A stretch of DNA of 64,000 nt from the IMG/VR virus record IMGVR_UViG_3300027754_000037, one strand, 5' to 3'. Origin of the DNA: a virus. Taxonomy: Duplodnaviria; Caudoviricetes. The notes below the pieces were generated by a model that was not told the DNA's origin, did no database searches, and saw nothing but the letters and a program-made list of their open reading frames with translations. The position numbers and the translations under genes are program-made. Numbering within the stretch: position 1 is the first letter of the stretch; each line of letters opens with the position of its first letter. Shown here piece by piece: positions 9,591 through 19,195 of the stretch.

Positions 9591-9646
9591 AATATATTTA
9601 ATGCAAATTACTTCTGAAGTTTTGTTAAAATATAATTAAGATATAA

Positions 9647-9889
9647 AGAAGGTTTTGCGATGCTCTTTTTTGGCTGTTCTCTCCTGATGTGGAAATCGAT
9701 GAACTAAAATGGCATCGGGATAGGGAAGATCGTTGGGTTATGCCTTTGGGTGACAATAATTGGCAATATTAAGAAGATAATCAGCTTCCTAGAACAATAA
9801 AAGAAAAGATATACATAAAATAAGGAACTTGTCATAGAGTAATCAAAGGAACAACAGATTTGAAAATATTGATAGAAAAAAAAGAATAG
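9647..9889 (+). pseudogene. Decayed gene of the phage ELKWHRDREDR hypothetical family
   Basis: One frame reads FSPDVEIDELKWHRDREDRWV..NWQY*EDNQLP..IYIK*GTCHRVIKGTTDLKI; in-frame TAA at 9770 and 9821; no start codon. Confidence 0.6.
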
Positions 9890-9952
9890 TGAACATTAAA
9901 AAACTACTTCAATAATTTTTTATTGAAGTAGTTTAATAGTGCGCTGATAATA

Positions 9953-10978
9953 TCAGGAGTTGGTTCCAAAAGGCATGCTAGGTGTTTGTCCTGAGTCTGT
10001 AATAACATCACCTTGAATCCAATATGCATTTCCTAGACTAGTTGCTACTACATAACTACCTATTATTCCCCCGGTTCTATTATTTGTACCATATTCTATT
10101 TTATTATTTCCAGTAGATGCAGCAAAAGTTCTAACATCATTAGTAGCATCTTTGTGTAGAGTTAAGCTTCCGGTCATAGTATCGGTAAATGGATAACATT
10201 GGATGAAGAACTGATCGGGTCGAACAGTAGTGAGAAAGTGAAAAGTTTGTCCAATAGTAGTAGTGTTTAGTGCTGGTAGTGTAATGAATCCATTTATATT
10301 ATCTAAGACAAACAATTTGCCATTATCTGATGCAGATATTTGGTGAACGGAAAGAGACACAACGGAATCTGTATAGGAGACAATAGCAGTTGGGTTGAAA
10401 TTTCCGAGAGAAGGTAATCCAGCACTAATTGGCACCCATCCCCCACTAGATTTGAAGTAAAGAACATCTCCATTACGAGTTAAGCTTCCAGTATCGCCTT
10501 CCAATACAGGTAGTGCTCCTAAGTTTGGCAAATTCATAGTGGCATCTTTTCCGAATTTCCATTGATGTTCAGTAGTTAATCGATTTGTTCTAATATAAAT
10601 ATTGTCATTGTGATTAACATCAAGATGACGGTCATCATTGCCAATAATCAAGTCACCTTCATCTCCACTAGAGATGTGTATGTGTGGAGCATCATAAGCA
10701 CTAGTGGGATATATTCTAATATATTGTCCATATCCTATTGCTTCAGAGGTATTATTTGGAACTAAAGTAATCTCTCCGTTTGGAGAAATGCTAGTTGCGC
10801 CTTGAGGAGTGGTATTGAATCCAATTTCTCCATTTTCTCCAACAATTTTTAAGTGATTAAAAGTTATATCTCCTAATACATTTACTGCTAGATTTTGTGG
10901 TTTTATATTATTTTGAATTCTTGGAAAAATCTTTTCTACTGAACCGGGTCCCGATCCTTCGCTTGATGTAGCTCCCAT
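9953..10978 (-). CDS. Probable virion structural / fibre-like protein
   Basis: G/T/N-rich beta composition; SD AAGGAG; TATAAATA upstream. Confidence 0.5.
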   Translation of the reverse strand: MGATSSEGSGPGSVEKIFPRIQNNIKPQNLAVNVLGDITFNHLKIVGENGEIGFNTTPQGATSISPNGEITLVPNNTSEAIGYGQYIRIYPTSAYDAPHIHISSGDEGDLIIGNDDRHLDVNHNDNIYIRTNRLTTEHQWKFGKDATMNLPNLGALPVLEGDTGSLTRNGDVLYFKSSGGWVPISAGLPSLGNFNPTAIVSYTDSVVSLSVHQISASDNGKLFVLDNINGFITLPALNTTTIGQTFHFLTTVRPDQFFIQCYPFTDTMTGSLTLHKDATNDVRTFAASTGNNKIEYGTNNRTGGIIGSYVVATSLGNAYWIQGDVITDSGQTPSMPFGTNS

Positions 10979-11022
10979 GATTATCTCCTTTTGGAAGAAT
11001 ATACAAATTATATATTATTGAC

Positions 11023-11030
11023 TATTTATA
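11023..11030 (-). promoter_or_regulatory. T4-type late promoter motif TATAAATA
   Basis: Exact match upstream of 9953..10978. Confidence 0.5.
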
Positions 11031-11048
11031 TTTCAGTTTGATTTGTTT

Positions 11049-11156
11049 AGAAAATTCAAGTGTAACTGTGGGTTTGAGATTGACAGGGACTTGAATGCTG
11101 CGCTAAAATTAAGAGATACCGTAAGTTTCAAACCCGTTAGTGAGAGAAATGTCTGA
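11049..11156 (+). mobile_element. tnpB: 3' remnant of an IS200/IS605/IS607-family tnpB
   Basis: Reads RKFKCNCGFEIDRDLNAALKLRDTVS, the TnpB Zn-ribbon plus DRDxNAA motif; rest of gene absent. Confidence 0.7.
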
Positions 11157-11343
11157 TGTTGATTACCAACGGACATGACTGTGCGATATTTAGCTTAATA
11201 TACTCTGGTAGCCATAACTGGAAGAACAACTGGTGCTTATGCGATACTAGAGCAATGACATCCAGATCAGCGTTGGTCTTTTCGCATAATTGGCAAATGA
11301 ATATAAGTTGCAGCCAGAAGAACGATTCGTCTCTGTGGGGAAT

Positions 11344-11574
11344 CTAAATTCTGCCGTATTGTTGGAGAATTTTTTTCATTTCATCTTTGTTTTCTGCATT
11401 ATCAAGCAAATATTTAACATCATAAGCAGACAATTTTTTTATTTTTTCTGAACCTAATATTTTTGCCATTTCATTTTTGTCTTTTGCATAACGAAGCAAA
11501 TAATAAGCATTATTATCAGTTAATTCTTTTTTATATTGAAGAATTAAGTTTGCTATTGCATCTTTGTTTATCAT
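11344..11574 (-). CDS. Hypothetical protein with internal helical repeat
   Basis: Two copies of L..Y....LL..A..K.EM.KIL. Confidence 0.45.
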   Translation of the reverse strand: MINKDAIANLILQYKKELTDNNAYYLLRYAKDKNEMAKILGSEKIKKLSAYDVKYLLDNAENKDEMKKILQQYGRI

Positions 11575-11803
11575 CTTTTACAAAAGCAATTTTCCGCTTA
11601 TTAAATCCTTGCTCTTGATGGGTAACAACTTCCCACTCGCCATCTTCTAAGGAAAATAAAGTATTAAATTCAAAATCTGGATAAATTCTACTTTCCGCAA
11701 TTTCTTTATTGACATGATGAAATCTTATATCTACTTCATCAGGTTTTGTAATTTTTGTACAGAATGATTCGTTTTGCCAAGAATTCACATCTTCTCTTGT
11801 CAT
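11531..11803 (-). CDS. Hypothetical protein
   Basis: SD GAGG; 90 aa. Confidence 0.45.
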   Translation of the reverse strand: MTREDVNSWQNESFCTKITKPDEVDIRFHHVNKEIAESRIYPDFEFNTLFSLEDGEWEVVTHQEQGFNKRKIAFVKDDKQRCNSKLNSSI

Positions 11804-11944
11804 CGAAAATCATCCTCATAGGCACAATAAATTATGTTCCTCTTAATTATATTCTGGTTTGACGAAAAAAGCAAAGACTTTCTATTGATATTTTTTTTGG
11901 TTAAAGTTAGGGTGGTTTTTCTTGGCTCAAGGATCATGTTTAGG

Positions 11945-13270
11945 TCACAGCCTCGTCCATCCTCTCGCTCTAGCATCTTCAGGGTCTTGTTTCCCAGCCC
12001 AATAACGATAGGTGTCCACAGGCACCTGCGCTATATCCTTGACTGCACCCCTCACAACCTTTTTCGTCTTTTCAAAACCACGGGTAAAATCACCAATATT
12101 CGCAATCTGCACCCTCAAATCATTAGGGAATTTCTCCACAGCATCTGACATCCTGTCGGGCTCGGAGGTTTCAGGGCTGTTAATCAAATCGGAATAAATC
12201 CTCTTAGCTAACCGGCGTTGCTCTTTAATACCCATTTCCACAAAATTGGAAACAATATAGTTGGCCTCTTCAAAATCAACTGGACGACTACTTTTTCTTA
12301 TTTCACCATTCTTGATAGTTGACATAATAATGACAAGTTGACCTCTCGAATCTTCAAGTCCAGCATTGATTGAAATCCAAGGCGCTGAGACAAGAATGTT
12401 CCTGACTTCCGACCTAACAAGTTCGCTATAAGGCAAACTACCACCCATTACCAATATTTTTCCCGAGAAGCTTTTTATATTCTCAGTCTTCGCAACACGA
12501 ACTCTTTCCCGCTCCTCTGCCTCCTCTTGACGAATCCGAGATTCCTCTTGCCCAATCCGATTCGACTCACGCTCCGCAGCTATGCGAGCATTCTCTCGAC
12601 GCTCCCTCCTCTTGAATACACTATCATTATAATCTCTTTCTGTTTTACTAAATTTATTCATAATCAAATTCTTCTTCTCTTCCAAATCACTCAATGTCCT
12701 CCTGTCAGTCGCAAATCCAGTTCCACTATTGATCCTGTCGTAAATTCTTCCTATCGCCTTTTCCACTTTTACAAGCTCGATCTTAGCCGTCTGCATCTTG
12801 TATGCAGGCATCACATTTGCAACTAAATCCACCTCTCTCACTTTGTCCTTCGCCAAATACAAATAAGGAGAAACCATCAAAAATCCAGCACCACTAGGAG
12901 GATTAGGTCTTAAGAAACTTCTGTAGAAAAGATCGTAAGGTATTGCCATCCCCTCTTCAGCAGGACTAAATTTCAAACCATTTACCTTCTCAGTCTTAAA
13001 TAATTTCTGCACACAAGACAATAATTTGTTGTAAACGGCAGTTGAACTAGTTCCAGATGTATTGGTAGTCCTAGTACCACGAGGACCTTCAAAATATACA
13101 CTCCAAACATAGTCCACACCTTGTTCAAAACCCTTGGTCATCTTCACTTTGTATTCCTTGCCATCATGCTTGAAACTGCATAAAATCAAAGAACCTCGAA
13201 CCTCGAAATCCAAATCTTCCGCAGATAATGTCATCGCCTCCATAAATTGCAAATAATCAGCAAAATTCAT
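11945..13270 (-). CDS. Probable virion-internal protein, paralog family A
   Basis: MNFADYLQFMEA start; F.GP..T..SG.....Y domain shared with 48240, 51940, 53743; charged coiled-coil C-terminus. Confidence 0.6.
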   Translation of the reverse strand: MNFADYLQFMEAMTLSAEDLDFEVRGSLILCSFKHDGKEYKVKMTKGFEQGVDYVWSVYFEGPRGTRTTNTSGTSSTAVYNKLLSCVQKLFKTEKVNGLKFSPAEEGMAIPYDLFYRSFLRPNPPSGAGFLMVSPYLYLAKDKVREVDLVANVMPAYKMQTAKIELVKVEKAIGRIYDRINSGTGFATDRRTLSDLEEKKNLIMNKFSKTERDYNDSVFKRRERRENARIAAERESNRIGQEESRIRQEEAEERERVRVAKTENIKSFSGKILVMGGSLPYSELVRSEVRNILVSAPWISINAGLEDSRGQLVIIMSTIKNGEIRKSSRPVDFEEANYIVSNFVEMGIKEQRRLAKRIYSDLINSPETSEPDRMSDAVEKFPNDLRVQIANIGDFTRGFEKTKKVVRGAVKDIAQVPVDTYRYWAGKQDPEDARARGWTRL

Positions 13271-13465
13271 ATCCACCCCCCCCATTAAACTCTCTACTAA
13301 ACTATCTAGGCAAATTGCAACCCACTTTACATCGATATCAAACCATCTTAAAACCTATATGACACTCTTCACTAAAGGAAACTAACCCATGAATACCATA
13401 AAACTAATTCGCCCACCGGCTATCTAGGCAAATTGTAAACCACCTGCTGATTCATATATAATTTC

Positions 13466-14812
13466 ATGAAAAACTTTATAGAATTCTTGGCACAAAGAGA
13501 TCCCAATCTATTACAAGAATATATAGATTTAGCTAGCCTGTCAGAAAACTCTTGGTATAAATACATGATACCATTAATGCTAGGAGCACAAGCAAATGCT
13601 CAATCAGCAACTCCTACAGAAATAGGAGCACACGCAATTGATCAACCAAGAACTCCTACAGAACTTGTCCAAAAACAAAACTATAATCAAACGCAAAACT
13701 ACAATAAAGGTTTTAAAGATATAACAAAAGCAAATACTGAAAAAGAAATCTATAGCCGAATGTTTCACCAAGGAACAACAATTGATGACCTAATCAAAAA
13801 TACAAAAAGCAAAGGATTTGAACAAAAATCTAAAAAAGTTGACGATAAAATCAATGCTATGAAATTGCCACAAAATTTCAGAACCAATATCCCACTAACT
13901 CATATCGAAGATAACTACAAACCAGAAGAAATACTATTTAGAAAAATAGTAAATCCATATGAAACACTCAAATCAACTATACCAGATCCAGAAAAGTTTC
14001 AAAAAGATTACAATAATTTAAAAAGTAATCCAGATGATATAGGATTTGCTATGAATAAAGATAGATTAATGAATAACAAAGTTCTTTTAATCGTTGTTAC
14101 AGATCAAGCTATGAAAAGATTCAATCCAAATGCAGAAGGATACGCCTCAAGACTATCAACAGCAGATGATCAAACTGATATTAACACAGTAGTTTTACCA
14201 AAAAGAGCAGTAAAAGAAATTAAAGATGGAAAAATTACACTAACCGATGAAGGAGAACAAACTCTCAGACATGAACTAAGACACACAACACAGGAAGGTA
14301 AACCCGGAGAAAGATCACAAAACTCCATGTCAACATACGATACAGGATGGTATAAGCATTACATGAATGATCCACTAGAAATCGGAGTAAGATTAGGAGA
14401 ATTAAAAAACCATCTATCAACCAAAACTCTATTGCAATTGACCAGCCATAATCCAACTCATAATGATAATATAAAAGAAATTATCAAAGATGTTGGAGGA
14501 AATGAAAAAGAATTGCTCAAATTGTTTATGGGACTAAATCAATATAAAAATACTACAATAAAAAAAGAAAAAATCACAGGAATTGACGCACTTCAAAAAT
14601 CATTTCTCAATTCCGGCAAGGTTACTGTGAACTCAAAGGACAATACAATAAAATATATAAAAGAAAAATTGGCAAAATCTAATGATGATATAGATAGTCT
14701 TTTTAAACATTATGAAAAACTATCAGATCAAGAAAAAGAAGCACTAATGAAAGAACTTCTTGATAATTATGACAATGTAGTAAAAAATGATACCAAAACA
14801 TTTAACACCTAA
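13466..14812 (+). CDS. Hypothetical protein with HExxH zincin-like motif
   Basis: MKNFIEFL start; LRHELRHTTQ and downstream YMNDPLEIGVR. Confidence 0.6.
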   Translation: MKNFIEFLAQRDPNLLQEYIDLASLSENSWYKYMIPLMLGAQANAQSATPTEIGAHAIDQPRTPTELVQKQNYNQTQNYNKGFKDITKANTEKEIYSRMFHQGTTIDDLIKNTKSKGFEQKSKKVDDKINAMKLPQNFRTNIPLTHIEDNYKPEEILFRKIVNPYETLKSTIPDPEKFQKDYNNLKSNPDDIGFAMNKDRLMNNKVLLIVVTDQAMKRFNPNAEGYASRLSTADDQTDINTVVLPKRAVKEIKDGKITLTDEGEQTLRHELRHTTQEGKPGERSQNSMSTYDTGWYKHYMNDPLEIGVRLGELKNHLSTKTLLQLTSHNPTHNDNIKEIIKDVGGNEKELLKLFMGLNQYKNTTIKKEKITGIDALQKSFLNSGKVTVNSKDNTIKYIKEKLAKSNDDIDSLFKHYEKLSDQEKEALMKELLDNYDNVVKNDTKTFNT

Positions 14813-14858
14813 ATCAACAAAATATCATTGTTGATTTGAAATTACTTAAACAATAAGA

Positions 14859-14943
14859 GGAAAAGTATCCAAGAGGACAAAGGATTTTGACCGTAAGTCA
14901 AAAGGGCTGAGACCATTCGTGAGTTCGACTCTCACCTTTTCCA
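14859..14943 (+). tRNA. tRNA-Tyr(GTA), long variable arm, atypical anticodon loop
   Basis: Acceptor GGAAAAG/CTTTTCC plus A73; T-arm GTGAG-TTCGACT-CTCAC; anticodon arm TTTGA-CCGTAAG-TCAAA. Confidence 0.75.
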
Positions 14944-14976
14944 TTAATTGCGCTCGTTGCTTAAAGGAGATTTAGT

Positions 14977-15354
14977 ATGGAAGATCGTAATAATAAAAAA
15001 TCTGAATCTTGTGCCGTTCTATGTCCCCTGAAAATGACCGAAAAAGCAATAGTTAGGGTTAAATCAATTATTTTAGAAGCAGATTACGATACTCCTGTTT
15101 ATCTTAGAGTAAAAGTACAAGGAGGAGGTTGCAGCGGATTTCAAAACAAACTGGATCTAGACCCAAATTATAACGATAAACTTGATCATTTGTTTAATTT
15201 TGATGGCATTGGAGTAATTGTTGATAGAAGAAGTATGCTTTATCTAGAAGATGCTGAAGTTGATTTTCATGATGAATTTAATAAGAATGGATTCTCAGTA
15301 AATAATCCAGCAGCAAAAACCACTTGCGGTTGCGGAAGTAGCTACTCAGTTTGA
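14977..15354 (+). CDS. iscA: HesB/IscA/ErpA iron-sulfur cluster assembly accessory protein
   Basis: GGGCSG and NP....CGCGSS motifs; SD AAGGAG. Confidence 0.9.
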   Translation: MEDRNNKKSESCAVLCPLKMTEKAIVRVKSIILEADYDTPVYLRVKVQGGGCSGFQNKLDLDPNYNDKLDHLFNFDGIGVIVDRRSMLYLEDAEVDFHDEFNKNGFSVNNPAAKTTCGCGSSYSV

Positions 15355-15360
15355 ATAATT

Positions 15361-15500
15361 AATATACTCTACACAACACACGCAGAATACTCTACACAAC
15401 CCTGTGGAATACTCTACACAACCCTGTGGAATACTCTACACAACACACGCAGAATACTCTACACAAATCCTTTCACAAATCCTTTCACAAATACCCTTCA
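15361..15500. repeat. Tandem array of 5 x (GA)ATACTCTACACAA at 22-23 bp spacing, then 3 x AAAT(A)CC(T/C)TTCAC
   Basis: Read directly; copies at about 15364, 15385, 15407, 15429, 15452. Confidence 0.9.
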
Positions 15501-16515
15501 CAATTTCAATACACACAATCATGATCAGATGTCATCAGAAAGGCCTTAAATTTCACTTATAAGAGGACTTCATAGAAAAATTGACTCTATACCTTGATTT
15601 TGTGAAGAAGCCGTAAAAGTGGCCAAATACACACAGGTAGCATGTGAACATATTTTTTCTGTGAAGCAATATCTGCAAAGCACCTAAAAGTCATATGTTT
15701 TTTTTGTGAAGGGTAAATTGGGAAGGCAAAGTGACTTGTGAAGTTAAAAATAATAGAGATACTGTGAATCTCCACAAGTCGCTATTAAATTACCCACAGA
15801 ACACCACCCTCACCCACAAGGCTCCACATGTCAACACATGTCATAGGAAGGAGTTGGAGGTGCTTTGAATGATGGTAATGCTGTGGATCGCTGTGGAAAG
15901 AGCTTGTTTTAAGGAGAGTATGCACAAGGACTGGTTTTTGGAACTTGTGAAAGGGGCTTTTGGAGTGAATATAATGAAAAACACGGGTTTTGCATGTAGT
16001 GCTGAAAGGCTTGTGAGAAAGGGCTTAAAGGGGATTTGAGGGGGAGACCCGAAATTTTGACCTAAGAAGGGTCAAGCCAGCACCCCATTTTCTCCCCAAT
16101 TACTCCACAATTCCCCCCTAAACAACTACATTTCCTCCAAACTAAGTCCTTATATACCAAGGACTTACGGCGACAAACCCTAATTGTCAACTCAAAATAT
16201 CTCTAAAGAAAAAACTACCAATCAAGTCCATAATTTTCTCTCAATTTGCTATACCAGGAGGGGACAATTCAAGAATAAACTACAAAGTTGGTGTGGAAAG
16301 CAAATTTTAAGGACATTTTAGACTTATGTAGTAGTAAAATTGAATTTGTGAAGGGTTATTGAGAGTAAAATAGTGCATAATTAATTCCAAAGTGCCTCTA
16401 GAGGGGTGTGTAAGGGGTTGTGAATGGCCAAAAGGGTATTGGATTGTGAGTCAGAGTCTTCACAAAAGCCTTAAAAACAAGGGGAATTGCTGTGGAAGGG
16501 TTGCCAGAGCTTATC

Positions 16516-16559
16516 CAGAGGGAAGTCAGAGGGAAGTCAGAGGGAAGTCAGAGGGAATT
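16516..16559. repeat. 4 x 11-bp CAGAGGGAA(G/T)T tandem repeat
   Basis: Read directly. Confidence 0.85.
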
Positions 16560-16725
16560 GCCAGAGACTTGAGGTGCTGTGAGGATAAGAATAGCCTAAT
16601 TGTACCTACAGATGGCGAATTTTTTAGGATAATTGTACCTACAGGACTTTTTTTGGGAAATTTCTGTGGTTAATTGTATTTTTGAAACGAAACTTCCTGT
16701 TGTCTTATGAAAGGGGGATTCTCTA

Positions 16726-17802
16726 ATGCAAAGCCACTTTGTATTCTTTGGTTCCAAGGATTCTAAGTCCCGTCCTGAGCCTACAGACCTTGAGAAAAGG
16801 GCCAAGATTGACCGAAACAATCCAACAGCACCATTTTCCCGGTTCGTCGGGAATGATCGTGCTGTGAAGAAACTACAGGTAGCAGCATACAAGGCCTTGG
16901 GTCATCCTAACCATATGATGCGAGACTTGAGTTTCGCCATATATGGCCCCGCAAGCGCAGGCAAGACTACCCTTGCCCGCCTGTATGCCGAAACTGTGCA
17001 GTTGCCTTTCCTTGAGGTAAGTCCAAAATCACTCAAAACAGCCGATGATCTGTTCGATCAGATCAAAGTTGTCCTGAAGGATGCTGGCATTCCCCTAGTG
17101 GAAGGCAAGACAAATCACTATAAGCTACCTCCAATAGTGATTTTTATTGATGAAGTCCATGCTCTTGTGGACAGCGTGGTGCAAGGTCTGCTCAAAGCAA
17201 CCGAGTACAACGATGCAATTCTAGCAACTGAGAGTGGTAAAGTCCTTGATTGCTATGCAGCAACATGGATGATCGCCACTACAGATGAGGGAAAGTTGTT
17301 CGATGCCTTCAGAACTAGATTCAGCCCTGTGCAGTTGAAATATCTTACAAAGGATGAATTGTCCAAGATCGTTCACAAGGCTCACCCAGATTTGACATCT
17401 GAGGTGTGCGGTATTGTGGCGCACTACAACTCAAGAGTTCCACGCAAGGCACTTGAGTTTGCCCGCTACATGAAGCTTGTGCGTGAGATGGACAAGTCTA
17501 TTGATTGGAGCGAGATTGCACAGCAGGTGGCTGAGGACGAGGGTATTGACAAGTTTGGGATGTCAGAAGTCCACTTTAAGGTTCTGAAGTCCCTTGCTAC
17601 CGGCCCCGTGGCCCAGAGTCGAATGACGACTGTTGTAGGTAGAAAAATAGATGAGGTTGAGAAGTTTATCATGCCTTGGCTGATGACCGAGACTGATGAC
17701 CAACCAGCATTAGTTGGAGTTAGCCGTAGGGGTTATGTGCTGACTGATGCTGGGCGAGAACAACTCTCGCTCCGTGGGATTGATACAGCAATTGCTGCAT
17801 AG
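16726..17802 (+). CDS. ruvB: RuvB-like AAA+ branch-migration ATPase
   Basis: FVGNDR, GPASAGKTTLAR, FIDEVH, ATTDEGKLFDAFRTRF, VPRKA, GIDKFG match RuvB motif order. Confidence 0.8.
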   Translation: MQSHFVFFGSKDSKSRPEPTDLEKRAKIDRNNPTAPFSRFVGNDRAVKKLQVAAYKALGHPNHMMRDLSFAIYGPASAGKTTLARLYAETVQLPFLEVSPKSLKTADDLFDQIKVVLKDAGIPLVEGKTNHYKLPPIVIFIDEVHALVDSVVQGLLKATEYNDAILATESGKVLDCYAATWMIATTDEGKLFDAFRTRFSPVQLKYLTKDELSKIVHKAHPDLTSEVCGIVAHYNSRVPRKALEFARYMKLVREMDKSIDWSEIAQQVAEDEGIDKFGMSEVHFKVLKSLATGPVAQSRMTTVVGRKIDEVEKFIMPWLMTETDDQPALVGVSRRGYVLTDAGREQLSLRGIDTAIAA

Positions 17803-17979
17803 TGATATCGGCTAGAAGCTTCAGTCATAGGCTTCTAGCCGATTTTTTCTGTTGGGATTTAGGGGAATTGTACCTACAGGATAAATGTCAAAAAACTCCT
17901 GAATTTAATTGTATTTTTGAAACGGAACTTCCGTATCACTTTGTCAGGTTTCAATTTAAAGAATTTAAAGGAGTTTGCA

Positions 17980-18282
17980 ATGATCCCTTCTTTCAAAAAA
18001 CTGTCAGAAAGTTTTGGCCCCCTGAAGGCGAAAATTGTGCGAAAGATAATGGAAAATTTCCATAATAGGGGCCGGTCGGGGTGTTACAAAACAATGGAGC
18101 AGATTGATGTTGTTCTGAATGGTCATGGAGTCGAATTCATCGATGCTGGGAAAGGCCGCAAAAGTCCCGCCATCACTTATGTGAACATGGGCGACACTTA
18201 CGATTGTACGGTCATGTGGGTAAATGGAAGTTTTAGAGTAGGGTGTTGGGGCGATATTGTAGAGCAGGGCAACTACGCCTGA
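17980..18282 (+). CDS. Hypothetical protein
   Basis: SD AAGGAG after promoter copy 2; YVNMGDTY motif. Confidence 0.6.
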   Translation: MIPSFKKLSESFGPLKAKIVRKIMENFHNRGRSGCYKTMEQIDVVLNGHGVEFIDAGKGRKSPAITYVNMGDTYDCTVMWVNGSFRVGCWGDIVEQGNYA

Positions 18283-18369
18283 TTCCAAAAAAATTCCTGA
18301 ATTTAATTGTATTTTTCAGACGGAACTTCCGTATCACTTTGTAAGGGTCAAATAACGAAGGAGTTTGTA

Positions 18370-18639
18370 ATGAGCAATCGAGCATTTATCGAATCTGTAA
18401 CTGTAACAGACAATAAGACTAAAGAAGAAGGTTCTTTTATAAAGATTTATGACGATTATGGAACAGCTTATATCTCAGTAGAAAATGCTATAGATGATGA
18501 TTTTGCTATTTTGAAAGCAGCAACTTCATCGTTTGATGAGGTCGCCAAGGGCATTCTTGACCATGTTAATGAAATGGAAAAAGGATTGCACATATGTGGA
18601 ACATGGTACAACTGGGATGAAATTAAAGATATGTTCTAA
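18370..18639 (+). CDS. Hypothetical protein
   Basis: SD AAGGAG after promoter copy 3. Confidence 0.55.
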   Translation: MSNRAFIESVTVTDNKTKEEGSFIKIYDDYGTAYISVENAIDDDFAILKAATSSFDEVAKGILDHVNEMEKGLHICGTWYNWDEIKDMF

Positions 18640-18719
18640 AATTCCTGAATTTAATTGTATTTTTGAAACGGAACTTCCGTATCACTTTGTAAGGTTCAAA
18701 TAAAGAAAAGGAAAAGATC

Positions 18720-19136
18720 ATGACCATCACTTTGACCGGAAAAAATGCAATCGAGTATATCAAGGCTGTCATTCGGCCACGGATGGACGAAAACATCCCC
18801 GGTTTGATGATTTTCGGAAACGAGGTTGACGGGGATGGCGTGGAAAATGCCACCCTTGGGCATGCCATCGATGCTGCCGACGAGGACGGCAGCTTGGTTT
18901 CTTACGGCTTAACGGAAAAAACCACCAATGCGGAATTTTTCACGATGGCCGAAACCGCAGCAGGTTCTTTTAGACTCGAAAAAATCGAAAAAGGAATCGC
19001 TAGCGTGACTTGGGATGCTGATCAAATAGATTGGCAGGAAATTATTCCACCAATGTTCCGGGGTCATGAAGAAGAAATAAAAGGATTGGCGGAACAATGC
19101 TACCAAAAATGGATGAAAGAGGATGAAGGAGTCTGA
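18720..19136 (+). CDS. Hypothetical protein
   Basis: SD AAGGA after promoter copy 4. Confidence 0.55.
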   Translation: MTITLTGKNAIEYIKAVIRPRMDENIPGLMIFGNEVDGDGVENATLGHAIDAADEDGSLVSYGLTEKTTNAEFFTMAETAAGSFRLEKIEKGIASVTWDADQIDWQEIIPPMFRGHEEEIKGLAEQCYQKWMKEDEGV

Positions 19137-19154
19137 GTTTATCGCTATTCACAA

Positions 19155-19195
19155 AGACTGACAGAGGAATAAACTCCTCTGTCAGTCTTTTTTTA
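19155..19195 (+). terminator. Intrinsic terminator, identical hairpin at 41391-41424
   Basis: AGACTGACAGAGGA-ATAAAC-TCCTCTGTCAGTCT plus T-run. Confidence 0.85.

Larger units (their letters stand above)
15355..16670. other. Long noncoding region, candidate replication origin
   Basis: No credible ORF; iteron-like array; many TGTG(A/G)A / T(C/T)CACA motifs in both orientations; switches in purine/pyrimidine skew. Confidence 0.45.

Noticed and set aside
9647-9889. Stop-codon reassignment (TAA as Gln)
   Set aside because: Many well-conserved genes in the window (glf, speD, Ubl) end normally in TAA and are uninterrupted under code 11
11221-11340. Degenerate reverse-transcriptase YADD-like segment (LMRY*SNDIQIS)
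   Set aside because: Catalytic DD absent, several stops and no other RT motifs; likely chance
16392-16673. 93-aa ORF in the noncoding region
   Set aside because: GTG start without SD, composition dictated by the 11-bp repeat, and it runs into the regulatory boxes
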